Below are positions 1-10,696 of a stretch of DNA of 64,000 nucleotides, piece after piece. Both the position numbers and the translations under genes were made by a program. This DNA comes from Phormidium sp. (GTDB taxonomy: Bacteria > Cyanobacteriota > Cyanobacteriia > Cyanobacteriales > Aerosakkonemataceae). Each line of letters starts with the position of its first letter. Within the stretch, counting starts at the first letter, position 1. Location of the stretch: positions 1,920,001-1,984,000 of the forward strand of contig CP143273.1 of NCBI GenBank assembly GCA_051013385.1, in the 5' to 3' direction. Below the pieces are notes generated by a model, which was not told where the DNA came from, searched no databases, and worked only from the letters and a program-made list of their open reading frames with translations.

Positions 1-2
1 AA

Positions 3-1358
3 ATTCTCAGGCGTACTTATCTGAGTGACAGAGATCCACGTTCTCTTCGTTACTCAAGTAAGTTGATTTTAAATGAAAATAATAATGACTTCTATCAAAG
101 TAATTTAATTAATCTGAGAAAGCCGCTGAATGTGCGATCGCTCTCGAAAGGAAATCAACTACTTTGGCAAGCTTTTCAGTATTTTTCGCATCATTTAGAA
201 GAGCTTCCAGCAGTTACTCAGAGTGGGGAGAAATTAGCAGAATTTTTAACAGATACCATTGCTCAAAGATTGCTTTTTATTCAGATTAATGTTGAAGATG
301 AGTTAAATGCTTATACGGTATTTGAGACTTTGAATGCCAGAGGTGTAGAACTGAGTTCAACAGATTTATTAAAGAATTACTTATTTTCTCTCTTTCAAGG
401 GCCAGATGATTTGCAGGAGGCACAGAGACAATGGAGAAGAATTATTAATACAGTTCAAATGGAAAAATTTCCTGAATTTCTCCGTTACTATCTTAGCCTT
501 AAGCAAACGAGAGTGAGACGAGAAAGATTATTTAAAATTGTTCGGGAAACTGTGAAGAATGCCCAACAAGCATTTGATTTACTAGATCAACTGGAAAATT
601 ATAGTAGTCTTTTTATTGCCCTTGGTAATTCTAATGACGAGTTTTGGCGAGATACTCCAGAAAATCCTCGCTATATTCGTGAACTTGAGCTATTTCAACT
701 AAAGCAAGCTTATCCAACTCTATTCGCTGCCTACGAAAGTTTTTCTTCTGATAATTTTACTCGCTTATTAAAGCTGGTTTGTGTACTATCTTTTCGCTAT
801 ACTGTTGTTAGTAGTTTAAATCCTAATGAGTTAGAAACGCTTTACAATAAGGTAGCAATTGCAATTACAAATGGTAAAATAACTAATCCGAAACAGGTGT
901 TTGATTATTTGCGATCGGTTTATGTTTTAGACGATAAATTCTCCCAAGACTTTTCCTTACTGGCAATTTCTACCAAAGGACAAAAGAAAAAATTAGTCCG
1001 ATATATTTTAGGCAAACTTGAGGCAGATGCGTCACAGATAGATGTTAATGAGGATAGTTTTTTGATCGAACATATATTACCGGAATCACCAAGTAGTGAA
1101 TGGCGGCAAAACTTTACTGATACTCAAATAGAAGAAATGGTATATCGCCTGGGAAATCTAACGCTTTTAGAACCTCATCTTAATCGCCAAGTAGGTAATG
1201 AACTTTTTCCCATGAAGCGAACAGTTTATCAACAGAGTGTTTATACACTAACACGGAATATTTTGGCTGAAGAATGGACTCCAAATACTCTAGCTAGAAG
1301 GCAAAATGATTTAGCGAAAAGAGCAGTTCATATTTGGAGATCGGACTTTTATGTATAA
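3..1358 (+). CDS. DUF262/DUF1524 GmrSD-like restriction endonuclease, 5' truncated by the window edge
   Basis: Frame is open from base 3. Motifs: FETLNARG-x-L-xx-DLLKN (end of DUF262) and C-terminal HNH-type IEHILP...LGNLTLL...N. Confidence 0.85.
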   Translation: MLRRTYLSDRDPRSLRYSSKLILNENNNDFYQSNLINLRKPLNVRSLSKGNQLLWQAFQYFSHHLEELPAVTQSGEKLAEFLTDTIAQRLLFIQINVEDELNAYTVFETLNARGVELSSTDLLKNYLFSLFQGPDDLQEAQRQWRRIINTVQMEKFPEFLRYYLSLKQTRVRRERLFKIVRETVKNAQQAFDLLDQLENYSSLFIALGNSNDEFWRDTPENPRYIRELELFQLKQAYPTLFAAYESFSSDNFTRLLKLVCVLSFRYTVVSSLNPNELETLYNKVAIAITNGKITNPKQVFDYLRSVYVLDDKFSQDFSLLAISTKGQKKKLVRYILGKLEADASQIDVNEDSFLIEHILPESPSSEWRQNFTDTQIEEMVYRLGNLTLLEPHLNRQVGNELFPMKRTVYQQSVYTLTRNILAEEWTPNTLARRQNDLAKRAVHIWRSDFYV

Positions 1359-1654
1359 AGTATTGATAGAGCGATCGACACTTTCAAACCATTCTTGTCC
1401 CAAGCGAACCGCTTCATCAAAGGTGGGATCATTTTCAAAACTACCCGCAACTTTTAACCACCAATTATTCTCTTTGGAATCAACATTGTCTGTTACCTCT
1501 GAATTTTTGGCGATGCCTCGCAGTCGAGATAAATTTCCCCGTTTCAATTTTGGCGGAGTTTCCTGTTTTAGGGATTTTAAGAGAGTTTGTACCAATTTCC
1601 AGCGATCGCTAATTGGTAGTTTCAGTGCTTGTTTTGTAGTTTCTATAGTCTCAT
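1311..1654 (-). pseudogene. Chimeric, degenerate antitoxin-like gene
   Basis: ATG at 1654 is followed by TAG at codon 4. The QALKLPISDRWKLVQTLL segment lies in a different frame. The body is built from segments shared with 2078-2359 and 2413-2796. Confidence 0.6.
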
Positions 1655-1658
1655 AGGA

Positions 1659-2078
1659 TTAGGCGTTACTGCTGATTATAGTATCAAGCTCTTCAGGCAA
1701 TACTACTGGAATTTCTGCACCGACAAACCCAGATTTATCACGAGTCAATATCGCATCTACACCATGCACTACTCCACAAACGTACTGCACTGCATCCTCA
1801 AAATCACGAAAATTCAGTGCTATTGCTTGTTCAATTACATCTCGATCCACAGCACAAATGTTTAGATCTGTCATAACTTGGATAATAGCATTTTGAGCTA
1901 CTACTGCTCCTGTTGCTCTACGGACAATGTAATAGATATTGGTGATTGTTGTTGCCGCAATAAATCCCTCAATCTCTCCAGTATCAATACGCTCAAATAT
2001 TCTCGCCGCATTTTCCACAAACGGTTCTCGCTCTTGTAAAAAGTCAAGAACTACATTGGTATCAATCAGAATTCGCAT
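1659..2078 (-). CDS. PIN-domain (VapC-like) toxin
   Basis: N-terminal ILIDTNVVLD, DFEDA and ILTRD acidic PIN motifs; start overlaps the upstream stop (TAATG). Confidence 0.9.
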   Translation of the reverse strand: MRILIDTNVVLDFLQEREPFVENAARIFERIDTGEIEGFIAATTITNIYYIVRRATGAVVAQNAIIQVMTDLNICAVDRDVIEQAIALNFRDFEDAVQYVCGVVHGVDAILTRDKSGFVGAEIPVVLPEELDTIISSNA

Positions 2079-2359
2079 TACTTATACTTCTCGGTGAGGT
2101 AAGTAACATAATCCTCTTTGGAATCAGGATCATCTGTAGCTGCTGAACTTTTGGCGATTCCTCGCAGTCGAGATAGGTTTCCCCGTTTCAATTTTGCCTG
2201 AGTTTCCTGTTTTACTTCGACAAGCTTTTCTTCAGTCTGACTTTCAGCAGTTTTGGCAAGATGTTTTTGAGTAATAAAATCGATGAAATCACTCACTTCC
2301 TGTAAGAGTGGTTCGGGGATTTGTTGTAGTTTGGCGATCGCACTATCACGAATAGTCAT
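2078..2359 (-). CDS. DUF2281-like putative antitoxin
   Basis: Small gene translationally coupled to the PIN gene; LQQIPEPLLQEVSDFIDFI motif; likely start MTIRD at 2359. Confidence 0.7.
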   Translation of the reverse strand: MTIRDSAIAKLQQIPEPLLQEVSDFIDFITQKHLAKTAESQTEEKLVEVKQETQAKLKRGNLSRLRGIAKSSAATDDPDSKEDYVTYLTEKYK

Positions 2360-2412
2360 AATAATTGCCTCTATACTGTTGTCCAGAATATACATTGTAA
2401 AGTGTTGGCTAC

Positions 2413-2796
2413 CTATTCAGCAGATTTGCGCCATTCTTCTCCAAGACGAACCGCTTCATCAAAAGTAGGATCGTTTTCAAAGCTACCCGCAACTTTTAAC
2501 CACCAATCATTCTCTTTGGAATTAGGAGCATCAAAGTCATCTGGAACTGTAAACTCACCTGCACATAAACCAAATGGTCGTAGTTGCTTATTGCTTGGTT
2601 CTGCGGTTGTTACTTCTAAGTTATCCACACCTTCAAACCATTTTAACCATGCTTCGACAAGCTTTTCTTCAGTCTGACTTTCAGCAGTTTTGGCAAGATA
2701 TTTTTGGGTAATAAAATCGATGAAATCACTTACTTCCTGTAAGAGTGGTTCGGGAAGTTGTTGTAATTTGGCGATTGTACTATCACGAATAGTCAT
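2413..2796 (-). CDS. DUF2281-like antitoxin mosaic
   Basis: Same N-terminus as 2078-2359, followed by LRPFGLCAGEFTVPDDFDAP and WWLKVAGSFENDPTFDEA modules. Confidence 0.65.
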   Translation of the reverse strand: MTIRDSTIAKLQQLPEPLLQEVSDFIDFITQKYLAKTAESQTEEKLVEAWLKWFEGVDNLEVTTAEPSNKQLRPFGLCAGEFTVPDDFDAPNSKENDWWLKVAGSFENDPTFDEAVRLGEEWRKSAE

Positions 2797-2919
2797 AATA
2801 ATTACCCCTTTCAGTTGCCTTTATTTTACTGAAATCCGAGCGGCTAATATAAAAGCTGAAAATCAGCTGATGGCGACCAGCTATACAACTCTTTGTTAAT
2901 CAAGAGTGTTATGCTGCAT

Positions 2920-3801
2920 TTACTTTTCCTCTTCAGATTTATTCTCATTAGAGACTACGGCAAGTCCAATGACTAACTCTCCATGCCTTGTGCCATAATT
3001 ATAATGCTCCAATTCAATATATTTACCACGACCTTCTATATCAAAGTGATAGATAATACGTGGCTTGCATATTAATGCTGTAACTGAAATATCTAGCTGT
3101 AATTCTGCGATATCATCTCCGTTAATAATTAGTTGGTTTTCTGAAAACGTTATGGTTTTTTGTAAGCGAACTGGATATGCACCTTCATCTAAATTAGCAG
3201 TATTAATTTGCTTCATTGAGGTATTGAAGAGTTGCTCTGATTTTTCAGATAGAAACTTGGGTAAATCTATTTCAGTTCCATTGAATCTCGTGTCTGTTTT
3301 TGTAATGTCAACCTCTGTTAAAGGAGGATTTGGCATACCAAGAGCGGCTCGTTGGAAAAACTGCGCTTCTATATTAAAACCACCTCTTCCTATCACAGAC
3401 ATTCGCTCAAATGGATATATATCTAACGGAAAGTCTAATGTGTGTAATAACTCTATACGGTCATCAAGTTGAGCTCGTGCAACAGCAGACTTACTAAATT
3501 CTCGCCCTACGAAAAAGCCTTTTTGGGCAGATAAGGCATGAATTTTTTCTGAAAATACAATGATTTCGTTCTTGCCTACCTTTTTTTTCCAATTTTTACA
3601 TTCAAAGATGAATGTAGATTTATAGCCATGTGCTATCGTAACTTCAACGTATAAATCAATCTCATGCTTAACATCTTTTACGAAGACAATTTTTTTATTC
3701 TCTATCAATAGCATAGCTGGCTCCAATGAAGAATACTTCCAAATTGCTTCTTCTATCAGTTTGACTGCTCGTTCTAAAGCATCTCCTTTTTCTTGTTGCA
3801 T
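2920..3801 (-). CDS. Mrr-like PD-(D/E)xK restriction endonuclease with uncharacterised C-terminal domain
   Basis: KGDALE...EIDLY...FECKNW...VG pattern of the Mrr_cat family. Confidence 0.75.
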   Translation of the reverse strand: MQQEKGDALERAVKLIEEAIWKYSSLEPAMLLIENKKIVFVKDVKHEIDLYVEVTIAHGYKSTFIFECKNWKKKVGKNEIIVFSEKIHALSAQKGFFVGREFSKSAVARAQLDDRIELLHTLDFPLDIYPFERMSVIGRGGFNIEAQFFQRAALGMPNPPLTEVDITKTDTRFNGTEIDLPKFLSEKSEQLFNTSMKQINTANLDEGAYPVRLQKTITFSENQLIINGDDIAELQLDISVTALICKPRIIYHFDIEGRGKYIELEHYNYGTRHGELVIGLAVVSNENKSEEEK

Positions 3802-3856
3802 ATTTCATAATACCGATTGTTAATTTCCTCGAAAGATAAGCTTTACCGATGTGATT

Positions 3857-4618
3857 TTAGACAATTTTCCATAAAAACAAAGCTGTTACGAGACAAGTTA
3901 CGAGACAAATTAAAGCTATAAACCAGAATCCATACAATAATAAAAATATGCCCACACAGCCAATGCCCAAAGCTATTAATTTTTTTAATCGTTTTTCATT
4001 AGATGAAGGGGGACTATCATCAGAAGGATTTTCAACATTCGTTAAACTTGAACTACTAGAGTAATTAAATTCGACAACTTTCTTTTGTTCTACTTCTAAT
4101 TTCTCTGGTTCTAGTTCTAATTTAAGTATAATTTTTTTTTGAAGTTCTAGCAGACATTTATTAGGATCTATGTCTACTCCTTTACATTGAACATCCCACA
4201 ACTTCTCAAGCGAGAAAAACACAGCCATGTAATTGTTCGCTAACCAAGCATCGCTTGAAGCTGAAGACAGATATGGAGCGGTTCCTTTCAATTTTTTATA
4301 AGCAGCAATACAAGCCTTAGTGCAAATAATAAATTCTTCTAAATACTTTTTTACAAGCTCATAGCTTGCAGGTCTTGGTAACAAACTTTGGTCAGTAGAG
4401 TCAACTACTAGAATGAGACACCATGTATTTCCAGAGGAACTATCTAAATCTTTTTCCAATTGCGCTCCGACTAAGAGGTTTTTCTCTACAGGTATATACT
4501 GTAGCAAAGCACCATCTTTTGGAAAAATTTGTGTGGTGCAGATCGCCTTAGAGAATGTTTTGCCACTTTTTTTTAGATTACTAATTAAATCCTCTTGGCT
4601 TTTCAAAGAATCATACAT
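3857..4618 (-). CDS. Hypothetical protein with C-terminal transmembrane hairpin
   Basis: 253 aa ORF with a Ser-rich linker and two hydrophobic segments at the C-terminus. Confidence 0.6.
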   Translation of the reverse strand: MYDSLKSQEDLISNLKKSGKTFSKAICTTQIFPKDGALLQYIPVEKNLLVGAQLEKDLDSSSGNTWCLILVVDSTDQSLLPRPASYELVKKYLEEFIICTKACIAAYKKLKGTAPYLSSASSDAWLANNYMAVFFSLEKLWDVQCKGVDIDPNKCLLELQKKIILKLELEPEKLEVEQKKVVEFNYSSSSSLTNVENPSDDSPPSSNEKRLKKLIALGIGCVGIFLLLYGFWFIALICLVTCLVTALFLWKIV

Positions 4619-4766
4619 ATATTTTACTACTAAAGTTACTATTTTAACTGAATTACATACTTCTCCAACGCACGTTCAAAAACCTCATGAAGTATGTATT
4701 TTATTGTGATTAATATTACCATACTGTATGGGATTTCGGGAAAAATTTAATACTAAATTTATTTCT

Positions 4767-4893
4767 CAGGACTTACGTAACTAGCCCAATTAGTAGGGTG
4801 CGTCAGAAATTCAAACCCTGATGCTATCCCTCAGATTTATCATCTGACGCATCCTACAACAAGGGTTCAACTGTGACACTTGCGTAAGTCCTA
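4767..4893. repeat. MITE-like element enclosing a GTAG-type REP-like palindrome
   Basis: Terminal inverted repeats AGGACTTACGTAA / TTGCGTAAGTCCT; internal GTAGGGTGCGTCAGA / TCTGACGCATCCTAC. Confidence 0.7.
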
Positions 4894-5032
4894 TTTCTGT
4901 AGCCTATAGGAATGCAAATGCGTGCAATGGTGTTTATACTTATTGTATCTGTGGCAAAAAATAAAATACTTACACCAATGCTCTATTTTACAAATTTTAT
5001 TCCGGGTGAGCAAAGCCCACCCAAATTTCATC

Positions 5033-6268
5033 TTACACCTTAAACTTTTCGGTAATTCGCTTCATCGCTTCTTCCACATTTTCCCGACTATTAAATGCAG
5101 AAATTCGGAAATAACCTTCACCTGCTGCACCAAAACCAGAACCGGGAGTTCCTACTACATTGCAATTTTGCAACAGCTTATCAAAGAAATCCCAACTCGA
5201 TAAATTATTTGGGGTTTTTAGCCAAACGTAAGGGGCATTTACTCCGCCATAAACTGCGATTCCTGCTGATGTTAATTGTTCGCGGATAATTCGGGCATTT
5301 TCCAAATAAAAACTGACTAATGCTTTAACTTGGGCTTTGCCTGCTTCGGAATAAACTGCTTCTGCGCCTTTTTGCACGATGTAAGAAACGCCGTTGAATT
5401 TAGTTGATTGGCGACGATTCCATAATTTCCATAATTCTACATCGGAACCATCGGCAGCTTTGGCGGTTAAGGTTTTTGGTACTACTGTGAATGCACAACG
5501 AGTTCCGGTAAATCCGGCGGTTTTGGAGAAGGAACGAAATTCGATCGCACAATCCCGCGCCCCCTCTATTTCATAAATAGAATGGGGTATATTTTCCTCA
5601 CTAATAAATGCCTCGTAAGCTGCATCATAGAAAATAATCGCATTGTTTGCTTTGGCATAATCTACCCAAGCTTTTAAATGTTCTTTTGTCGCAACTGCAC
5701 CAGTGGGATTATTAGGAAAACAGAGATAAATTAAATCGACTTTTTCCGTAGGAAGCGAGGCGGTAAAGTTATTTTCGGCGGTGATTGGCAAATAAACTAA
5801 ACCTGCAAATTCGCCTTTTTCACTTGCATCGCCCGTGTGTCCCGCCATTACATTAGTATCTACATAAACGGGATAAACTGGGTCGGTGACTGCAATAATA
5901 TTGTTATCGCCAAAAATGTCGAGAATGTTGCCAGTATCGCACTTTGAACCGTCAGAAATGAAGATTTCGGAAGCGTCTACTTCGCATCCTCTCACTTGGA
6001 AGTCGTTAACCGCGATTTTCTCTCTTAACCAAGCATAACCTTGTTCGGGGCCATATCCTTTAAATGTGTTGCGATCGCCCATTTCTTCCACAGCTTTAAT
6101 CATAGCTGTGCGGCAAGCTTCTGGCAAAGGTTCGGTAACGTCACCAATACCTAAGCGAATAATTTTAGCATCAGGATTAGCTTCGGCAAAAGCATTGACT
6201 CTTCGCGCAATTTCGGGAAACAGATATCCAGCTTTCAGCTTCAAGTAGTTGTCGTTGATGGTTGCCAT
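5033..6268 (-). CDS. dapL: LL-diaminopimelate aminotransferase
   Basis: [28 protein letters not shown] and [10 protein letters not shown] motifs; start MATIND. Confidence 0.95.
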   Translation of the reverse strand: MATINDNYLKLKAGYLFPEIARRVNAFAEANPDAKIIRLGIGDVTEPLPEACRTAMIKAVEEMGDRNTFKGYGPEQGYAWLREKIAVNDFQVRGCEVDASEIFISDGSKCDTGNILDIFGDNNIIAVTDPVYPVYVDTNVMAGHTGDASEKGEFAGLVYLPITAENNFTASLPTEKVDLIYLCFPNNPTGAVATKEHLKAWVDYAKANNAIIFYDAAYEAFISEENIPHSIYEIEGARDCAIEFRSFSKTAGFTGTRCAFTVVPKTLTAKAADGSDVELWKLWNRRQSTKFNGVSYIVQKGAEAVYSEAGKAQVKALVSFYLENARIIREQLTSAGIAVYGGVNAPYVWLKTPNNLSSWDFFDKLLQNCNVVGTPGSGFGAAGEGYFRISAFNSRENVEEAMKRITEKFKV

Positions 6269-6679
6269 GTTAAATTGCAAAAAACGCCCTAAAATAGCTT
6301 ACTGCTAATCTAGATAATTATTTCCCTTCTGCCTTCTTACGGTAAATATTACCCGATCGGGTGAATCTAATGGATGAAGTAGCAAAAGTTGCATTTTTGC
6401 GAGAATATAGTTAAGTGGCGATACAAGCTTTCTGCCTGTGTCTCCCAAAAAACTATGCTGTGTTTCCCCACCTTTAGCAGTGGGGTTTCCTATTTTTTCC
6501 AGGGTAATTTTGTCCCCATTTCTGTCATTGCCGAAAAAATTAGATAAACTACTAGCAAGCAAACTCCACCGCAAAAAGCTAACAAGTCATGATCCATATC
6601 GTTTCCCATTAACGCTCTGAGTAATAATATTAACTCAAGCAACTTGCGTTGCTACTTATGTTAATTGAGATTAAGATTA

Positions 6680-6748
6680 GGTACGTTGTTGCGCTTTAGC
6701 GCTCTTCTCAAGATTGGTAATAAGAGCGCTGAAGCGCAACAACATACC
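6680..6748. repeat. REP-like long inverted repeat
   Basis: GTTGTTGCGCTTTAGCGCTCTT ... AAGAGCGCTGAAGCGCAACAAC. Confidence 0.7.
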
Positions 6749-6761
6749 AATTTGAGGTGGT

Positions 6762-7760
6762 GTGATGCGAAAGCTTTATTTTTTAGTTCCGGGAACTAAA
6801 GGCAAATTTGCTTGTGGTGGACTTTGGGCAGAATTAAAAACTGTGAAGTTAGCTCAACAAATATGTGATGCTAATGTTGTCACTTATCGTCAAAGGGAAC
6901 CAGACCAACTTTTTATTGATGATGTTTTAAAAATTCCAGGTTTAGATAAGGTTATCTTTGTAATTAGTTGGGGTTTTGATGTCCCCAAACTTGTCACTAA
7001 GCTGAAAGGTTATAACTTAATTTATCATGCTCATAGTTCAGGTTACGGCTTTAAGCTTCCGGCAAATATTCCAATTATTACTGTTAGCAGAAATACTTTA
7101 GGATATTGGGGTCAAAAATCTCCTCATTCGCTTATTTACTATTTACCTAATCAAATTTCTGATGAGTTTACTAATTTAGGTTTATCACGGGATATTGATG
7201 TTTTAGTGCAAGCGAGAAAATCTTCGACTTATTTAATTAAAGAGTTAATACCAGAGTTGAAGAAACAGTGTAAAGTAGAAGTTATTGATTCTTATGTGTC
7301 AGATTTGCCAGGGGTTTTTAATCGATCGCAAGTTTATTTATACGATTCTGCGGAATACTGGGCGCAACAGGGAGTAAGTGAGGGTTTTGGTTTACAACCA
7401 ATGGAGGCGCTTGCTTGCGGGTGTCAAGTTTTTTCTAGTGTAAATGGTGGACTTTCTGATTATTTAGACCCTGGTTTTAATTGTCATAAAATCGCTGGAT
7501 ACTCAAAGGAATTTGATGTACAAAGGATTGTAAATGTCGTGAAAGGTTCAAAAACTATTACATTACCGGAACAGTTTTTTGCTGAGTATAGAACCGAAAA
7601 TATTGTTAAGCGATTACAGGTTATTTTGGGCGAAATAAATCAATTTTTTGACCAAAAGCCTGATTTTTCAAGCGAGATTAAAGATTTAACAAAGATGCGA
7701 ATCTTTAGACTGAAAACACAAACATTGCTGAATAAAATTTTAAAAAGAATACGAGGTTAA
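6762..7760 (+). CDS. GT-B (GT4-like) glycosyltransferase
   Basis: SEGFGLQPMEALACG matches the E-x7-E motif. Confidence 0.8.
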   Translation: MMRKLYFLVPGTKGKFACGGLWAELKTVKLAQQICDANVVTYRQREPDQLFIDDVLKIPGLDKVIFVISWGFDVPKLVTKLKGYNLIYHAHSSGYGFKLPANIPIITVSRNTLGYWGQKSPHSLIYYLPNQISDEFTNLGLSRDIDVLVQARKSSTYLIKELIPELKKQCKVEVIDSYVSDLPGVFNRSQVYLYDSAEYWAQQGVSEGFGLQPMEALACGCQVFSSVNGGLSDYLDPGFNCHKIAGYSKEFDVQRIVNVVKGSKTITLPEQFFAEYRTENIVKRLQVILGEINQFFDQKPDFSSEIKDLTKMRIFRLKTQTLLNKILKRIRG

Positions 7761-7764
7761 AATA

Positions 7765-8511
7765 ATGGCGTGGAGTGGTTTCAATTTAGAAAAAGATGAG
7801 TTAAGAAGTGAAATTTGGTCTTTACTGAAACAGGAAAAAGCTGCAATTCGCGATCCTTTTGGTCATATTCCTAATTTTGTGGGTGCGGAAAAGGCGGCGG
7901 AAAAGTTGGCGGAATTACCAATTTGGCGAGAAGCAAAAACTATTAAATGTAATCCTGATTCGCCACAAGTTGCGGTAAGATTACAAGCTTTAAAAGATGG
8001 AAAACGTTTGTATATGGCGGTTCCTAAGTTAACAAATACTCGCTGTTTTGTGGAGTTGTCGGCGGAAATTTTGGGTGAGAATAATGTAGGGTTGGGGGAA
8101 GGTGCGATCGCACGCCAAGCACTAAAATTTGGTAAATTAGTCAGTTTTGCAGAAATGCAACCAATTGATTTAGTAATTGTAGGTTGTGTCGCTGTCACGC
8201 GCAATGGGGGACGTACCGGAAAAGGCGCAGGATTTGCAGATTTAGAACTGGCGATGTTAAAAACTTTTGGATTAATTGAGTCAAATACTCCCATTGTTAC
8301 CACAACACATCCATTACAAATTGTCGCAGATTCCCGCTTACCAATGCAAGCTCATGATTGGGCACTTAACTGGATTGTTACGCCTTTTGAAGTAATCGAA
8401 ACTAATTCTAATTATCCTCGTCCAACCGGATTAAATTGGGATAGTATTCGTCCTGAACAATATCGGAAAATACCAATTTTAAGGAAGTTAAAAGAGCAGT
8501 TTACGGAGTAA
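7765..8511 (+). CDS. 5-formyltetrahydrofolate cyclo-ligase (MTHFS-domain) family protein
   Basis: IPNFVGA, KCNPDSPQ and GRTGKGAGFADLE motifs. Confidence 0.85.
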   Translation: MAWSGFNLEKDELRSEIWSLLKQEKAAIRDPFGHIPNFVGAEKAAEKLAELPIWREAKTIKCNPDSPQVAVRLQALKDGKRLYMAVPKLTNTRCFVELSAEILGENNVGLGEGAIARQALKFGKLVSFAEMQPIDLVIVGCVAVTRNGGRTGKGAGFADLELAMLKTFGLIESNTPIVTTTHPLQIVADSRLPMQAHDWALNWIVTPFEVIETNSNYPRPTGLNWDSIRPEQYRKIPILRKLKEQFTE

Positions 8512-8532
8512 ATATATAACTGTAGTTTTAGT

Positions 8533-8913
8533 TTACCAATCGTTATGTAATCTTTTATATTGAGTTTCTTTATTCTTTAAAGAAATACCTAAAGCAGTGA
8601 GAACTTTTTTAGTGTTCGACAAGTCACCAACTAATCTTTTGACGGGTAAGGGAGAATCTTTTATCAAAGTGGGAATGGCAACTATATTTTCTAATAATAG
8701 TTGATCGGGCTGTTCGTAAACGTCTATTACTTCTAATTCGTAGTTATCGGGAAAATATTTTTCAGCGATTCTTTGCAGGTTTTTTAAAGCTTTAGCAGAA
8801 TTAGGTGTAGTTCCAGCAACGTACAAACGAAAACAGTATCGCTCATCAGTTATTTGTGTTACTACAGGTTTGTTAAATATCTTCGCTATATTTTTAACAT
8901 CTTCTCTTTCCAT
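8533..8913 (-). CDS. kaiB: KaiB family protein
   Basis: RLYVAGTTPNS and IVAIPTLIK-xx-PLPVKRLVGDLS motifs; lies downstream of kaiC. Confidence 0.85.
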   Translation of the reverse strand: MEREDVKNIAKIFNKPVVTQITDERYCFRLYVAGTTPNSAKALKNLQRIAEKYFPDNYELEVIDVYEQPDQLLLENIVAIPTLIKDSPLPVKRLVGDLSNTKKVLTALGISLKNKETQYKRLHNDW

Positions 8914-8983
8914 AAGTTTTACCTAAGTTTAGTTGAATGTGCTGACCTTTTCTTTAGTATTCCCTTCCAGTCTGAGAAACTAA

Positions 8984-10696
8984 CTAATCTGCATCAGCTT
9001 GTCGCCAATTCGCAACTTTTCTTTGCTCTTGGAGGGCAATATCCTGATATAATTTTTCTTGTTCAATCATAAGTTGAAACTCTTCTTGTTCGGTTTCTAA
9101 TTGACTTTGTAAAGCTTCGATTTGCGATCGCACTAATGCTTGTTTTCTTTCTAACTCGCGCCGTTTGCGTTCAAATTCTTGCTGACGAACTAAGCTATCA
9201 GCTTTTTCCTTCGCTTCTTGCACATTTCGCGCCGTACCAGTCAGCACAGTTCCCTGTCCTAAATAAACATCTTTTAATTCTATACCTTGACTTGTTAGGA
9301 CGAATTCCCGCACCTGATTAGAATGTTCCATTCCGCGAGATTTTAACACATATAAAACTCGGTTACGTTCTCCGCTACTTTCATTAACTCGTAATTCTAA
9401 CCAGGTATCCATTAAAGATGAAATGCCAATTTCTGTATGTTCTAAAGAACTACTACCCGTGACTAAGTTTGTTAGCATGACCGTGATTTGTTGACTCTTT
9501 AAAGAATCAATCAACCGCATAAAAAATGCTTTAGACTGAAGTAAATTACCGCCTAAAACTAAATTACTCATTGGGTCAACAATTACCACTGTTGGCTGCA
9601 ATTCATTAATTAAATTATGAATTTGGATTAAGTGCATTTCTAAACCAAAAGCTGTTGGGCGCACTGCTTGAAACTTAAGCAAACCTTTCTCGACAAAAGG
9701 TTGTAAATCTAATCCTACTGACAGCATATTGCGGAGAATTTGTTGGGGTGCTTCTTCAAAAGCTAAGTAAAGACAACGTTCCCCACGAAGACAGGTTGCT
9801 TGAGCAAAATGAGCAGAGATTGTACTTTTTCCAGTTCCGGCTGTCCCTGTAATTAAAATGCTGCTACCTCGAAAATATCCTTGACCTCCTAACATTGTAT
9901 CGAGGCGAGGTATGCCTGTACTGATCCGTTCGGTAGAAATTTCGTGGTCTAATCCTACTGAGGTAATAGGTAAGACAGAAATTCCTTTTTCGTTAATTAA
10001 AAAGGGATATTCGTTAGTACCGTGACTAGAACCCCGATATTTAACTATCTGCAAACGTCGAGTCGAAATTTCATCTTGAATGCGTTGATCTAACCGAATC
10101 ACGCAATCAGCAACATATTCTTCTAAACCATGCCTGGTGAGAGTATTTTCTCCTTTTTCTCCAGTGATAATTGCTGTGACACCTTTGCTTTTTAACCAGC
10201 GAAATAATCTTTGTAATTCCGATCTGACGATCGTCTCATTAGACAAACCAACAAATAGTGTTTCAATTGTATCTAAGACAACTCTTTTGGCTCCGATCGT
10301 ATCAATTATTTGCTCTAATCTAATAAATAAAGCTTCGAGATTATAATCTCCTGTCTCTTCTATTTCGTAGGGATCGATATGAATGTGATCGATTAAAAAC
10401 TTTTTCTGGGCAATTAGTTGCTTTAAATCCCAACCCAAAGAACGAACATTCAGGATCAGTTCGTCAGGTGATTCTTCAAAAGAGACGAACACGCCCGGTT
10501 CTGAGTAAAAAACTGCACCAGAAACCAGGAAATTAAGACCGATTAAAGTCTTACCACTCCCCGCTGTTCCACATACCAGGGTTGGTCTTCCTTTAGGTAA
10601 ACCACCACCTGTAATTTCATCTAGTCCCTGAATTCCTGTAGGAGATTTAGGCAACTGATTATTGTCTGATCTAGTAATTTCACTGTCTAATAGCAT
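8984..10696 (-). CDS. kaiC: KaiC family double ATPase (non-canonical, KaiC2-like)
   Basis: Two P-loops (GTAGSGKT, GTAGTGKS), EE motifs, ISSLMDTW phosphosite region and a coiled-coil tail. Confidence 0.92.
   Translation of the reverse strand: MLLDSEITRSDNNQLPKSPTGIQGLDEITGGGLPKGRPTLVCGTAGSGKTLIGLNFLVSGAVFYSEPGVFVSFEESPDELILNVRSLGWDLKQLIAQKKFLIDHIHIDPYEIEETGDYNLEALFIRLEQIIDTIGAKRVVLDTIETLFVGLSNETIVRSELQRLFRWLKSKGVTAIITGEKGENTLTRHGLEEYVADCVIRLDQRIQDEISTRRLQIVKYRGSSHGTNEYPFLINEKGISVLPITSVGLDHEISTERISTGIPRLDTMLGGQGYFRGSSILITGTAGTGKSTISAHFAQATCLRGERCLYLAFEEAPQQILRNMLSVGLDLQPFVEKGLLKFQAVRPTAFGLEMHLIQIHNLINELQPTVVIVDPMSNLVLGGNLLQSKAFFMRLIDSLKSQQITVMLTNLVTGSSSLEHTEIGISSLMDTWLELRVNESSGERNRVLYVLKSRGMEHSNQVREFVLTSQGIELKDVYLGQGTVLTGTARNVQEAKEKADSLVRQQEFERKRRELERKQALVRSQIEALQSQLETEQEEFQLMIEQEKLYQDIALQEQRKVANWRQADAD

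Noticed and set aside
1311..4700. Integron cassette array
   Set aside because: No integrase and no recurring attC-like palindromes between genes; the repeats lie within coding sequence.
6305..6620. Short ORFs 6305-6574 and 6438-6620
   Set aside because: They overlap each other in a divergent promoter region and show no recognisable motifs.
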